64,000 nt of DNA, taken from assembly GCA_020137815.1 (NCBI GenBank), contig CM035355.1, positions 6,262,001 through 6,326,000 on the forward strand. Reading direction: 5' to 3'. How positions within the stretch are numbered: the first letter of the stretch is position 1; each line of letters begins with the position of its first letter. This DNA comes from Hormiphora californensis (lineage: Eukaryota > Animalia > Ctenophora). Under the pieces are notes generated by a model. That model did not search any database, was not told the origin of the DNA, and worked only from the letters and a program-made list of their open reading frames with translations. The position numbers and the translations under genes are program-made. This document shows positions 1-11,300 of this stretch, piece by piece.

Positions 1-1024
1 GCTCGATCCTCTCAGTCCTCTTCTGCTTAGCTCGTCTGTTCTGGAACCAGGTCCGGATGGAGGCCTCAGAAACACCGATCCTGGCAGCAAGCTCGGTCCT
101 CTCATTCTTCTCTATGCGGTCACAGAAGAGGTACCGCTCCTCCAGGACCCGGATCTGGGAGGGTGAGAAACTGGTCCGGTGGTTGGTTTGGTAGGGTTTA
201 GGTGGGGTAGGACGGGTGGAGGAGGTCAGGGCGCCAGTAGGACGGGTAGAGGAGGTCAGGGTACCAGGGTTCCGGGTAGAGGTCAGGGCTCCAGGGGTCC
301 ATCCACGGAGGAGAGGGTGGTGTCGGATTGTCAGGGAGGGTTTACTGGCAAATTGAGGAAATCGGTCCAGGTAGGGGGCCAGTGAGGCAGGGAGGGGAGG
401 AAGGGGTGCTGGTGGAGGGTGGATTGCAGTAGGAGGGGGAGGCAGGTCTGATAGAGGACATTCCACAGGAGGGAGGTCCACAGGAGGCAGGTCTGATAGA
501 TCAACAGGAGGCAGGTCCACAGGATGGTGTGGGGAGGTAGCAGGAGAGGATCCGGTCAGTGGAGGGCAGGGAGGGTAGGTTTCCTGGGGTTGTTGTGGTG
601 GAGGATAGGTCTGATGCTCCTGGGAGGGAGAGGGATAGGTCTGCTGTTTGGGGGATGTGTAGGACTGCTCCTCGGGCTGATAGGACTGGGAAGGTGGAGG
701 ATAGGTCTGAGAGGGAGACGGATAGGACTGCTGGGAGGGAGGATATGACTGGTTCTGTTCAGCTCTCAGCAGGGCAGCCAGCTCCTCGGCAGCAGCGGCA
801 GGAGAGAATGTAGAGGAGGAGAGATAGGACTTGACATCAAATGCGGATCCAGAAGGGAAATCAGTAGGTTTGGATGATGTTGTAAATGCAGATCCAGCAG
901 GAAAATCAGAAGGTTCCAGTTTGGAGGAGGATGTAGGAGGTGGAGGAGGTTGGTGGTGAGGGAAGTAGAGGGGGTACACGTTGGTACAGCTGGAGAGTAG
1001 ATCATCAATAGAGAAGGAGTTCAT
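1..1024 (-). CDS. ANTP/NK-like homeobox transcription factor, intronless, 3' end outside window
   Basis: Manual translation from ATG at 1024 is open to base 1: MNSFSIDDLL (eh1/TN motif), a Pro/Ser/Gln-rich region, then homeodomain HRTSFSPSQIRVLEERYLFCDRIEKNERTELAARIGVSEASIRTWFQNRRAKQKR. Missing from the ORF track because no stop lies in the window. Confidence 0.93.
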   Translation of the reverse strand, partial: MNSFSIDDLLSSCTNVYPLYFPHHQPPPPPTSSSKLEPSDFPAGSAFTTSSKPTDFPSGSAFDVKSYLSSSTFSPAAAAEELAALLRAEQNQSYPPSQQSYPSPSQTYPPPSQSYQPEEQSYTSPKQQTYPSPSQEHQTYPPPQQPQETYPPCPPLTGSSPATSPHHPVDLPPVDLSDLPPVDLPPVECPLSDLPPPPTAIHPPPAPLPPLPASLAPYLDRFPQFASKPSLTIRHHPLLRGWTPGALTSTRNPGTLTSSTRPTGALTSSTRPTPPKPYQTNHRTSFSPSQIRVLEERYLFCDRIEKNERTELAARIGVSEASIRTWFQNRRAKQKRTERIE

Positions 1025-1084
1025 CGTGAGTTGGGGATGTTGTTTCTGTCCCCCGCTGCCCCTTTTCTACCCCTGACCCCTTGG

Positions 1085-1381
1085 TAATCGGTCCCTGGTT
1101 GACAGGGTTACTCGATACCTTGTAGCTACTCATCTAACCCCAGAACACGATGACTCATCTAACGCTTGTCCTGGTAATCGGTGGGTCACATGACGGAGGA
1201 CTGTTAATCGGTATATCACATGACACTAGCCGATTACTGGATCTGCTGACCCATTATAATCGGTGGATCACGTCGCGTTAATCGGGGGTAGCTGGTCGAA
1301 CAGGGCTCTGCTGACGTAACAGGAATCACATGACATGAATTCAGCCAGATATCACATCTCAGCAAAATTAGGGCACATGAC
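1085..1381. promoter_or_regulatory. Cluster of TAATCGG and CACATG (E-box) motifs upstream of the homeobox gene
   Basis: TAATCGG at 1085, 1175, 1205, 1257, 1279 and reverse at ~1230; TCACATGAC at 1186, 1216, ~1326. Confidence 0.5.
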
Positions 1382-1440
1382 CATGGTCTGCATTATTCAA
1401 AATTGAAAGTAAGAAAATGTTAAAGTTGCAAAAAGTCTAC

Positions 1441-1513
1441 AGGTTCGACCGGGTTTTGAACCCGGGACCTTCTGCGTGTTAAGCAGATGTGATAACCACT
1501 ACACCACCGAACC
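1441..1513 (-). tRNA. trnV: tRNA-Val (anticodon AAC)
   Basis: Minus strand folds as GGTTCGG...TCTGC-TTAACAC-GCAGA...CCGGG-TTCAAAA-CCCGG-TCGAACC; A and B boxes present; T5 Pol III terminator just downstream. Confidence 0.95.
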
Positions 1514-2385
1514 GACACAGATTGAGCAATTCTAGGTTTTATATTCCCTTCATGTTGTCTCCATGGTGAATTGGGGCTAAACACAGTAGCACTGCTGTAT
1601 ATTGCGGCACCCAGTACTGTGTAGTGAGTGTGGAATGTAGTGGGATTGTATACGGAACAAGAGAGTATAATATATGGGTAGACGGACAATGCATATTTAG
1701 TGAGCAGGAAACTGGAAAAAAAATGTAATATGTTTTTCTCTTTTTGTGCACATAACAGCATCTCTTGGACATTACGGGACTTTTCCTAGCTGGGGGAATA
1801 TAATACCGCCCGTAGTGTCATGCATTATTGCCAGAAATGTAACTTAGTGATAATTCTTCTGACACGCCTTTCTGGCTAAGGGATTTTTCTGATACTCTGG
1901 AGTTGTTCCGTGAGGAGCAGGGGAGGCCTTGTTATAGAAAGGAACCTTATAATTTCACATGAAGTCCTTGTAAAAGCCACACACTAAATCACAGATCACT
2001 CACTGAATACACACCTAGCAAGCAACTGGATCTTCATCTATTGTAGTCTCCTGTCTCTAATTTGCTGTACACACTCACCCCAACCACAACTGTCTAATTA
2101 TTTGACACCTAACCTCAACCTCTATTGCACCTCATCAAGAGAGAGCTGAGAGAGAGATTCAGAAAGCATCTCATATTCTCATTCTGGACTCAGCAACATA
2201 GAATTCTCTGAGGAGCGTGTGTGACATGTGTGTAGGGCGCGGGGCGATTGCTACGGCGTGACACATCTCTTTGCCCCCTGTTTTGAACACTGCGCGGCGC
2301 GCCATCGGAGAGAGATCGTATTGTAGCGCTGGCAGACGCCCAAGATCTTGAAGAGATAACCTGATACTTGATAGTCTATCCCATC

Positions 2386-5300
2386 ATGTCAGTGCCAACT
2401 ATCATAGTGTGTAACCTGTAAATGTGTTTAGGATGTCAGCCCCCTTCCTAAATTTTATTCCAAGAATTTAGAATTCCTATTTGATTCTGAATTCCCTGAC
2501 TAATGACGTGTTTTGTTTTTCAGAGACGACCAAAAGAGAACGATCCCCGAGCTCTAAATGTGGAACAAAGCCGTAGTAGTAAGAGAGGCAGAGACTCTAA
2601 TCAAAAACACCTCAAAGACACTGATTTAGATAACCCTAACCCCAGATCACACAATAACAAGCGCAGGTCTACTTCTCCAGTTATTGCACAGGATATTCTC
2701 TCTGTGAAGCATACCCGCAGGTCAGGCAGGCTAATCGAGGGTACACCCACCCACTTTCCTGAGGAGGATTATAGTGTGGTGAAAGATACACCTTCGTCTT
2801 ATGACAGGTTAATTAATGGGACGCCAGCTAAAGACAAGTCTCATCCAGTGAAAGACAAGACTTCGTCCCAAGACAAGCAATCGTCCCAAGACAAGGTGTC
2901 GTCTAAAGACAAGCCATCGTCCCAAGACCGGTCCCACAAGGCATCACATCGAACTGGTAAAGACAAGAAGAAAAAGAATGATGTCCATCACCATCGCAGG
3001 GATAAAGAAAACGGAGTTCCTCCCTCTCGTCCAAGCAGAGAAAATGGAGTCCCGCCCTCTCGTCCAACCAGAGAAAATGGACATGGGAAAGAGAACGGTG
3101 TTTATAATTCCAATAGCAGAGAAAATGGACCCCCACCTCCTCCTCCCCTTCCTAGCAGATCAAAACCTCCCAGCAAACAACACCGTTCCAAACAAGGACC
3201 TGATCTCATTGCCATTCACAAGGACTACTCTCTCCTCAAGTTCGATAACAACAAAAACGATGGAAGAAAGAGGGGAAAGAGGAGACACAAACCTCCCAGT
3301 TCTGAGTTTGATCCTTGTATCATGGCGGGTATCAGCAGTGAGGAGGAAGGGAGTGGTAGTGGGAGTAGTGATAGTACTGTTACCACGGAGATGTATGTGG
3401 ATACTGTGAGTTATGATTCCCATGCAAACTACCATGGTAACCATGGCAACCATTCGACTCACATGAAACTGGTTGAGGAGAGTCACAAGCGGCTCAGGAG
3501 AAGAAAAAAGAAGAAAAAGAAGGAAGAGGAAGAGAGCGATGAAAAGGAAGGTTAGAACGTCCTATCACAGGTACTCAGTCCAGTCCATCAACTCCTCTGT
3601 TATCAATAACATGATTGATAACGCTGAACCTTACACTGCCCTACATAGGAACAAGAAGAGTATAGCTGAGGTGGTACGGACAGAAATCAGGGTGGCATCA
3701 CTAGATGATCGTGTTGTGAAAACTACCCTAATCCACCCTGACACTTCCTCCTCTTCTTCCTCCTCCTCAGCTAAAGTATCCTCTGCTTCGTCCGATAGTG
3801 ATCCCTCTCCACCTCCCCCTCCTTCATCAAGAAAGAGGCCACCACCTGTTCCACCTCGAGAACCACATGACGGTATTGATACCCAGTTAGCGTCCTTTAA
3901 ATCTCGTCTCAACGCTATCTCAGCGCGTGTACAACAAGAAACTCCATCTCCACAACCCACCAGATCCCTTGCAACCCTCTCGGAACAGGACTTTACCTCC
4001 GGACTCAATGGGTTCCTGTATGAGTTCTGTAAACGAATACAGGCTCGACAGTTGAGGTTCAGTGAGGCTGAGGAGACGGAGGATGAAATTGATAGGATGG
4101 ATGAGGAGGCAATAGCTAACAGTGATTTGTTGAGGACATTCCAACGAAACCGGGACTACAACAAAAACATGGAGTTGTCAAAGAGTATCCGGTTGGATGG
4201 AAGTGGAGTTCCACACCTCACCCTCGCCATGCCTCACCCCTCATCGAGCGGCATTGCCTCCAGTGTCAACACATCTTCCTGCACCACCACCCAGGACAGC
4301 TTCCACTCTCTCGAAATGTCACGTGACACTGTGGCTGTCCAGACAGATGGTGGAGTGATGCAGACTGGTGAGGAGCTGGAGGGTCTGACTCAGACAAAGA
4401 GTGATGTGTCAGTGGGGTGTACCAGTAGTGATGATAATAATAGGATACATACCCAGGACAAGGGAACTGGAACCGAGGACCTGAATGGAGGAGGAGGATC
4501 GCTGTATCAGTCCGTCCTCAATTCATCCTCTGAAAACAAGTCGACTTCATCTAATAACCCACCAGATTCCTCCAACTCTCCCGGCAGTAGTGGAGGTGGA
4601 GGGGGAGGAGGTTTGGCAGTGTCAGTATTCCCTCCCTCTGATCTATCTACTCCAATCAGCACCCTTGAGCGTGGTATTCCCCCTCCTATATCCACCTCCC
4701 CAGAATCCCCTGAACGGCGAGTAACCTGGTCTGAGAGGGTGGAGGAGCACAGTGATGGGGGAGATCTCAATCATCATCACCAAGATGATATGACGTCACC
4801 AAGTGTAGTTGTGACGTCATCACCAGCAATCCTGACGTCATCGCCATCTAGATTATCACAAGATGGGGTCGATGATGATGATGTTGAGATGACGGAACAG
4901 GATTTTCAGGAGAGCCCGAAACCACCCGATACGGGTCAACTGAGCGTGGAGAGTAGAGAGACGGATCAAGTTGCAGCAGCGGCTGCAGCGGCAGTGAACA
5001 CAACAGGTCATGTTTCAGTGGGTCATGTATCAGTGGATATTAACCCCTTCCCGTTCATGCAAGTGAGACAGGTTCACAGCAACAAGGGTCCTCCTCCCCC
5101 AAGGAGACGTACTTACAGTGATCTTGATAGACCTCCCGGAAGTGCTTCGTTTGAGAAGATCCTTAACAACAGTGTGGATCTCACTCTGGCTCCTAACATA
5201 CCACCAAACTTTGCTGCAGCAGGATCTGGAAGTTTGAGATCGAGAAAGGAATCCGCATCAAGTAACGGATCCTCCCACTATTTCAATAATCTAGGTGATA

Positions 5301-8300
5301 GCGGTGGTAGCAAGGGATCTAGAGAGAGTCTGAATAGTGCCAGTAATTCGTGTAACATCGACACCACGGCGCTACCTCACATATCCGAAGGACTACCCTC
5401 TCCGGTCTCCAATGTCCCTAATGATCCGCTAGGGGGTAGTAGCAGCAGTAGCAGTATGAACATGGATGTTTTCCCTACTCACACCCTCCGGAAACCCTTT
5501 AATATCACGGACTTTAGCAGCGATGGGGGTGGAGGTTCGAGTGGTAATGTGAACCAGTTTAACCTGTTCGATCGTAGCATGGTAGACAAGGATGAGGAGA
5601 GTAAGGATTTGCCAATCTCTCTCGGTGGTGGGTCTGTTGAGTTAGATGGGGCAGCAGCGGTACCCCGCATACCATCACCATCATCAACCCCCGTTATACT
5701 ATCTGTAGTGGACCTACCAGACGAGATAGGACCTCAATCACCATCGGTTCAGGAATGTTTTGTTGAGGAACGATCTGAGATGCCCGATGATGAGGGTGAT
5801 GATAGTCTGCCGTTTGTAGAGGCTGATGAGACTGCTCCTGTTCCGAAACCCGCTAAACCTGCCACAAGAAAACCAGCTGCTGTTATTGCTACCGGATTGT
5901 TTTCTAATGTTATTGAAAGTGTTGATGAAGGAGCAGATCCGAGGAAAAATGTTGATGAAGGAGCAGGTATCACTGAAAATGTTGATGAAGGAGTAGATGC
6001 CAGTGAAAGTGTTTATGAAGGAGAAGAACATTCTGAAAGTGTAATGAACTTCCCCGTTGTCACCCAACCAACATCGACAAAGAAAAAGGGCAAGAAAGGA
6101 AAGAAGGGTGGTAGTAATGTGATGGAATGTCAACCTGGAACGAAAAAGGGTAAAAAAGGACAGAAGAATCGACGAGCTGTGATGAATTTGTCAGATGAAG
6201 ATGAACAAGACAACGTACCTTCTTCTGGCCCTCCCCATGCTGTTGATAAACCCTCTCCAGAATCGGCTTCTCAGTATGGCCAAGATGTTCCGGGAGCTGA
6301 AGAACAAGAAGACGTGTCTGAAACTTCCCCAGTGTTGGCAGGGGAAACAGCTGAGTTAGATTCACCTGAGGTTGCCATGGACACACCTGAGTTTGTCGTG
6401 GAAACACCCGAGGTGGCCATGGAAACACCTGAGGTTGTCGTGGAAACACCTGAGGTTGCCATGGAAACACCTGAGTTTGTCGTGGAAACACCCGAGGTGG
6501 CCATGGAAACACCTGAGGTTGTCGTGGAAACACCTGAGGTTGCCATGGAAACACCTGATGTTGCCGTGGAAACACCTGAGGTTGTCGTGGAAACACCTGA
6601 GGTTGCCGTGGAAACACCCGAGGTTGAGTTGGAAACACCTGAGGTTGTCGCGGAAACACCTGAGGTTGTCGTGGAAACACCTGATGTTGCTATGGTAACA
6701 CCTAAGGTTACTGTGGAAACACCTGAGGTTGTCGTGGAAACATCTGAGGTTGCCGTGGAAACACCCGAGGTTGAGTTGGAAACACCTGAGGTTACTGTGG
6801 AAGCACCTGAGGTTGAGTTGGAAACACCTGAGGTTGCTATGGTAACACCTAAGGTTACTGTGGAAACACCTGAGGTTGTCGTGGAAACATCTGAGGTTGC
6901 CGTGGAAACACCCGAGGTTGAGTTGGAAACACCTGAGGTTACTGTGGAAGCACCTGAGGTTGAGTTGGAAACACCTGAGGTTGCTATGGTAACACCCGAG
7001 GTTACTGTGGAAGCACCTGAGGTTGTAGTTGAAACGCCTGAGGTTGGAGCAGATGCCAGTGAAAATGTTGATGAAGGAGCAGAAAAGTCTGAAAATGCCA
7101 TGAACTTCCCTATTGTCCCCCAACATACCTTACCAACTGGGGCAAAGAAAAAGGGCAAGAAAGGAAAGAAGGGTGGCAGTAATGTGATGGAATGTCAACC
7201 TGGAACGAAAAAGGGTAAAAAAGGGAAGAAGAACCGAAGAGCTGTGATGAATTTGTCAGATGAAGATTCTTATGTTCCGGTAGCTGAGGAACAAGAAGAA
7301 GTGGCTGAAATTTCTGCCATGTTGCCAGGGGAAACAGCTGAGGTTGCCGACTCTCCCGTGTTGCTAGGGGAAACAGCTGAGGTTGCCGACTCTCCCGTGT
7401 TGCCAGGGGAAACAGCTGAGGTTGCCGACTCTCCCGTGTTGCCAGGGGAAACAGCTGAGGTTGCCGACTCTCCCGTGTTGCCAGGGGAAACAGCTGAGGT
7501 TGCCGACTCTCCCGTGTTGCTAGGGGAAACAGCTGAGGTTGCCGACTCTCCCGTGTTGCCAGGGGAAACAGCTGAGGTTGCCGACTCTCCCGTGTTGCCA
7601 GGGGAAACAGCTGAGGTTGCTGACTCTCCCGTGTTGCTAGGGGAAACAGCTGATGTTGCTGACTCTCCCGTGTTGCCAGGGGAAACAGCTGGGGTTGCTG
7701 ACTCTCCCGTGTTGCCAGGGGAAACAGCTGAGGTTGCTGACTCACCCGTGTTGCCAGGGGAAACAGCTGAGGTTGCTGACTCTCCCGCGTTGCCAGGGGA
7801 AACATCTGAGGTTGCTGACTCTCCCGTGTTGTCAGGGGAAACAGCTGAGGTTGCTGACTCTCCCGTGTTGCCAGGGGAAACAGCTGAGGTTGCTGACTCT
7901 CCCGTGTTGCCAGGGGAAACAGCTGAGGTTGCTGACTCTCCCGTGTTGCCAGGGGAAACAGCTGAGGTTGCTGACTCTCCCGTGTTGCCAGGGGAAACAG
8001 CTGAGGTTGCTGACTCTCCCGTGTTCCCAGGGGAAACAGCTGAGTTTGCTGACTCTCCCGTGTTGCCAGGGGAAACAGCTGAGGTTGCTGACTCTCCCGT
8101 GTTGCCAGGGGAAACAGCTGAGGTTGCTGAATCTCCCGTGTTGCCAGGGGAAACAGTTGATGATTTTGACCTTGGAGCGTTTATGAAAGTTGGCAAGAAA
8201 GGAAAGAAGGGGAAGAAAGGAAAAGGAGGCAAGAAGGGAAAGAAGCAGAGTTTACCAGTACTGCGTGACAGTGAAGGTGAACTAAAACTTCAAGAGCCAG

Positions 8301-11300
8301 ATAATGTTGAGTCTCAGGAGAGAAAATGTTCACCAAAAGAGGAATCTGCTAAAACAGATGTTGTTGAAAATGATATCCCAGGAGTTATAGAGACATCTCC
8401 AGAAGCTTCCCTTCAGACAGAAATAGATCCAGTTGAGTCTGAAGTTGCTGAGACTGAGGTACCAGAAGTTGCTGAGACTGAGGTACCAGAAGTTGCTGAG
8501 ACTGAGGTACCAGAAGTTGCTGAGACCGAGGTACCCGAAGTTGCTGAGACCGAGGTACCAGAAGTTGCTGAGACTGAGTTACCAGAAGTTGCTGAGACCG
8601 AGGTACCAGAAGTTGCTGAAACTGAGGTACCAGAAGTTGCTGAGACTGAGGTACCAGAAGTTGCTGAGACCGAGGTACCAGAAGTTGCTGAAACTGAGGT
8701 ACCCGAAGTTTCTGAGACTGAGGTACCAGCTCCAGCTCCCTTCAGCAGGAGAGTAAGATCATTCAGCACATCTGCTGAAGCTCGGAACACTCTCCGATCT
8801 CCCCAACCTCAAGATGTGAAACCCCGGGTCAGATGTCTCTCTGATCAAGAGGTCAGATCGCCAGACACGTTCACTTCTCGCTGGTCGAACTGGTTCTTTG
8901 ATAAGATTGGTAGTAACAGTAAGGTGGATAAGAGCTCCTCTGAGACTGAGGTACCAGACGTTCCTGATGAAACATTGTCTGCCAAAGTTTCTGAAACCCT
9001 TGAATTCGCCGATCTGAATGATTCTCAGAAACCTCCTGTGTCACCAGAGAAAACTGAAGAGTTTGACCTCGGAGCGTTTGTGAAAGTTGGCAAAAAGGGA
9101 AAGAAGGGGAAGAAAGGAAAAGGAAAGAAGGGGGAGAAACAGAGTCTACCAGATCTGAGTGATAGCGAAGGTGAACTGAAATCTCAAGAACCGGAGAGAA
9201 AAGAAACTCTCCAATCGCTAGATGGGACAAAGACGATGACCTCTCATGAAGCCTCTGAAGATGGTGCTGCAGAAAAGCGAAGTGGACCCTCTTCTTCTCA
9301 TCTCAAGGATGGTGTTAAAGATTCAGTACCTGCCGATGACGAGACTAAACCCTTGGGTCATGCACTATCAGATTTGTCTAGTGAGGTTCCGGTCCCCGAA
9401 GATTCTGAAAAGGTACCCGTCCCTGATGATTCTAACAAAGTGGTGGTCTCTGAAGATCCTAGTGCGGTGACAGTCCCTGATGTTTCTGACAAAGTGCCAG
9501 TTCCAAATGTTTCTGAGGTCACTTCAGATGATTTCAACGCGGCAGTCCCAGATACAGCAGTATCCCCTGACATCTTAGAAACCCCTGAAGGAGCGCAACC
9601 TGAGGTTTCTATTCCCGAAGTTTTCGGAGGTGATCGCCAGGAGGAACCCTCAAAACCTGAGCCTCCCCTGTCTCCAGAGAAACCGGATGAGTTTGATTTT
9701 GGAGCTTTTGTGAAAGTTGGCAAAAAAGGAAAGAAGGGTAAGAAAGGAAAGGGAAAGAAGGGGTCGAAAAACAGTCATGATCAAGTTGCTTTTGATAAAA
9801 CTGAGGTTGCCGTTGAAACACCTAAGGTTGCCGTGGGAACACCTGAGGTTGCTATGGAAACACTTGAGGTTGAGTTGGAAACACCTGAGGTTGCGGTTGA
9901 AAAACCGGAGGTTGAGTTGGAAACACCTGAGGTTGCTATGGAAACACCTGAGGTTGAGTTGGAAACACCTGAGGTTGCTATGGTAACACCCGAGGTTGCT
10001 ATGGAAACACCTGAGGTTGTCGTGGATACATCTGAAGTTGCCGTGGAAACACCTGAGGTTGCCATAGAAACACCTGGGGTTACCGTGGAAACACCGGAGG
10101 TTGCCGTTGAAACACCTGGGGTTGCTATGGTAATACCTGGTGACGTCACTAATGACGTCATTGAGCCTGTCGGCAATCAGCCAGCAGAAGAGGAGTTTGA
10201 TTTGACAGCGTTTGTAAAACCCGGTAAAAAGGGTAAGAAAGGTAAAAAGGGCAAACAGCAGAAAGTGGTTGAAACCCCTCCTCCCACCCCGTCAGTTGCT
10301 GATGAAGAGTGGTCAGACGATGGGTTTGTTGTGAAGGGCAAGAAGGGAAAGAAAGGAAAGGGGAAGAAAGGAAAACAGCAACAACAGCAGCCTGGAAAGA
10401 ATGGCAAGAAAGGGAACAAGGGTGCCGTGTTCAATCTCTCCGAGTCTGAGGGAGATGAGGCTGAACCCAAGACCCAAGAAGAACCCTCGCCATCAGTACC
10501 GATGCCCGAGGTTCTTGGGGGAGTTGAGATGTTGGCGGACAAACCTCAACTCTTGGAATCATCTCAGAAGCATCATGAGGGTGAAAAGAGCACATTGCAA
10601 CCAGCCTCAGAATACATCACGTCTGATAATCAAGATATTGAATCAGATAAACAGCCTGAAGAGAAACAACCTGAAAAGAAACTACCTGAAGAGAAACAAC
10701 CAGGAGAAAATACTACGATCCCCGAGATGCTATCACCAGTGGAGGAAGAAAGAAATGATTTTGTAGAAGTGGTTCCCACCTTCCCGTCGGAGATGAAATC
10801 CCAGCCTAAACTTGAGATAACGTACTCGCCACCAAAACCTTCCAATTCTCCACCAAAACCCTCAAATTCACCACCAAGGAGACCTTCTTCTTCTCCCTCT
10901 GAAGACCCGGTCCTCCTATCCTCAGGCCCATGTAGCACAACCCGTGCTCACTCATCCTCCCCTCTGGAGGTTATCGACGTTCAGGGTGGGAAAAAGAGTC
11001 GGACTCCAGACCATATTGAACGAGGAGACTCCCCACCTCCACCACCAGCTCCCATTCAGTAGGAGAGTGCGATCAGTCAGCACGTCGGCTGAAGCTCGGA
11101 ACACTCTCCGATCTCCCCAACTTCAAGATGTGAAACCCCGGGTCAGATGTCTGTCTGATCAAGAGGTCAGATCGCCAGACTCGTTCACCTCTCGACTGTC
11201 TAACTGGTTCTTTGATAAGATTGGCAGTAACAGTAAGGGAGACAAGAGTTCCTCTAGCTCCCACTCCTCTAATGATCCAAGATCAGACCACGCTCCTAAA

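Noticed and set aside
179-1008. Plus-strand and alternate-frame ORFs 179-385, 524-748, 559-813, 766-1008
   Set aside because: Shadows of the homeobox CDS.
6362-8727. CRISPR-like regular repeats
   Set aside because: No unique spacers, in-frame coding repeats, eukaryotic context, no cas genes.
6060-10938. Long antisense and alternate-frame ORFs over the giant gene
   Set aside because: By-products of stop-free tandem repeats; synonymous variation supports only the main plus frame.
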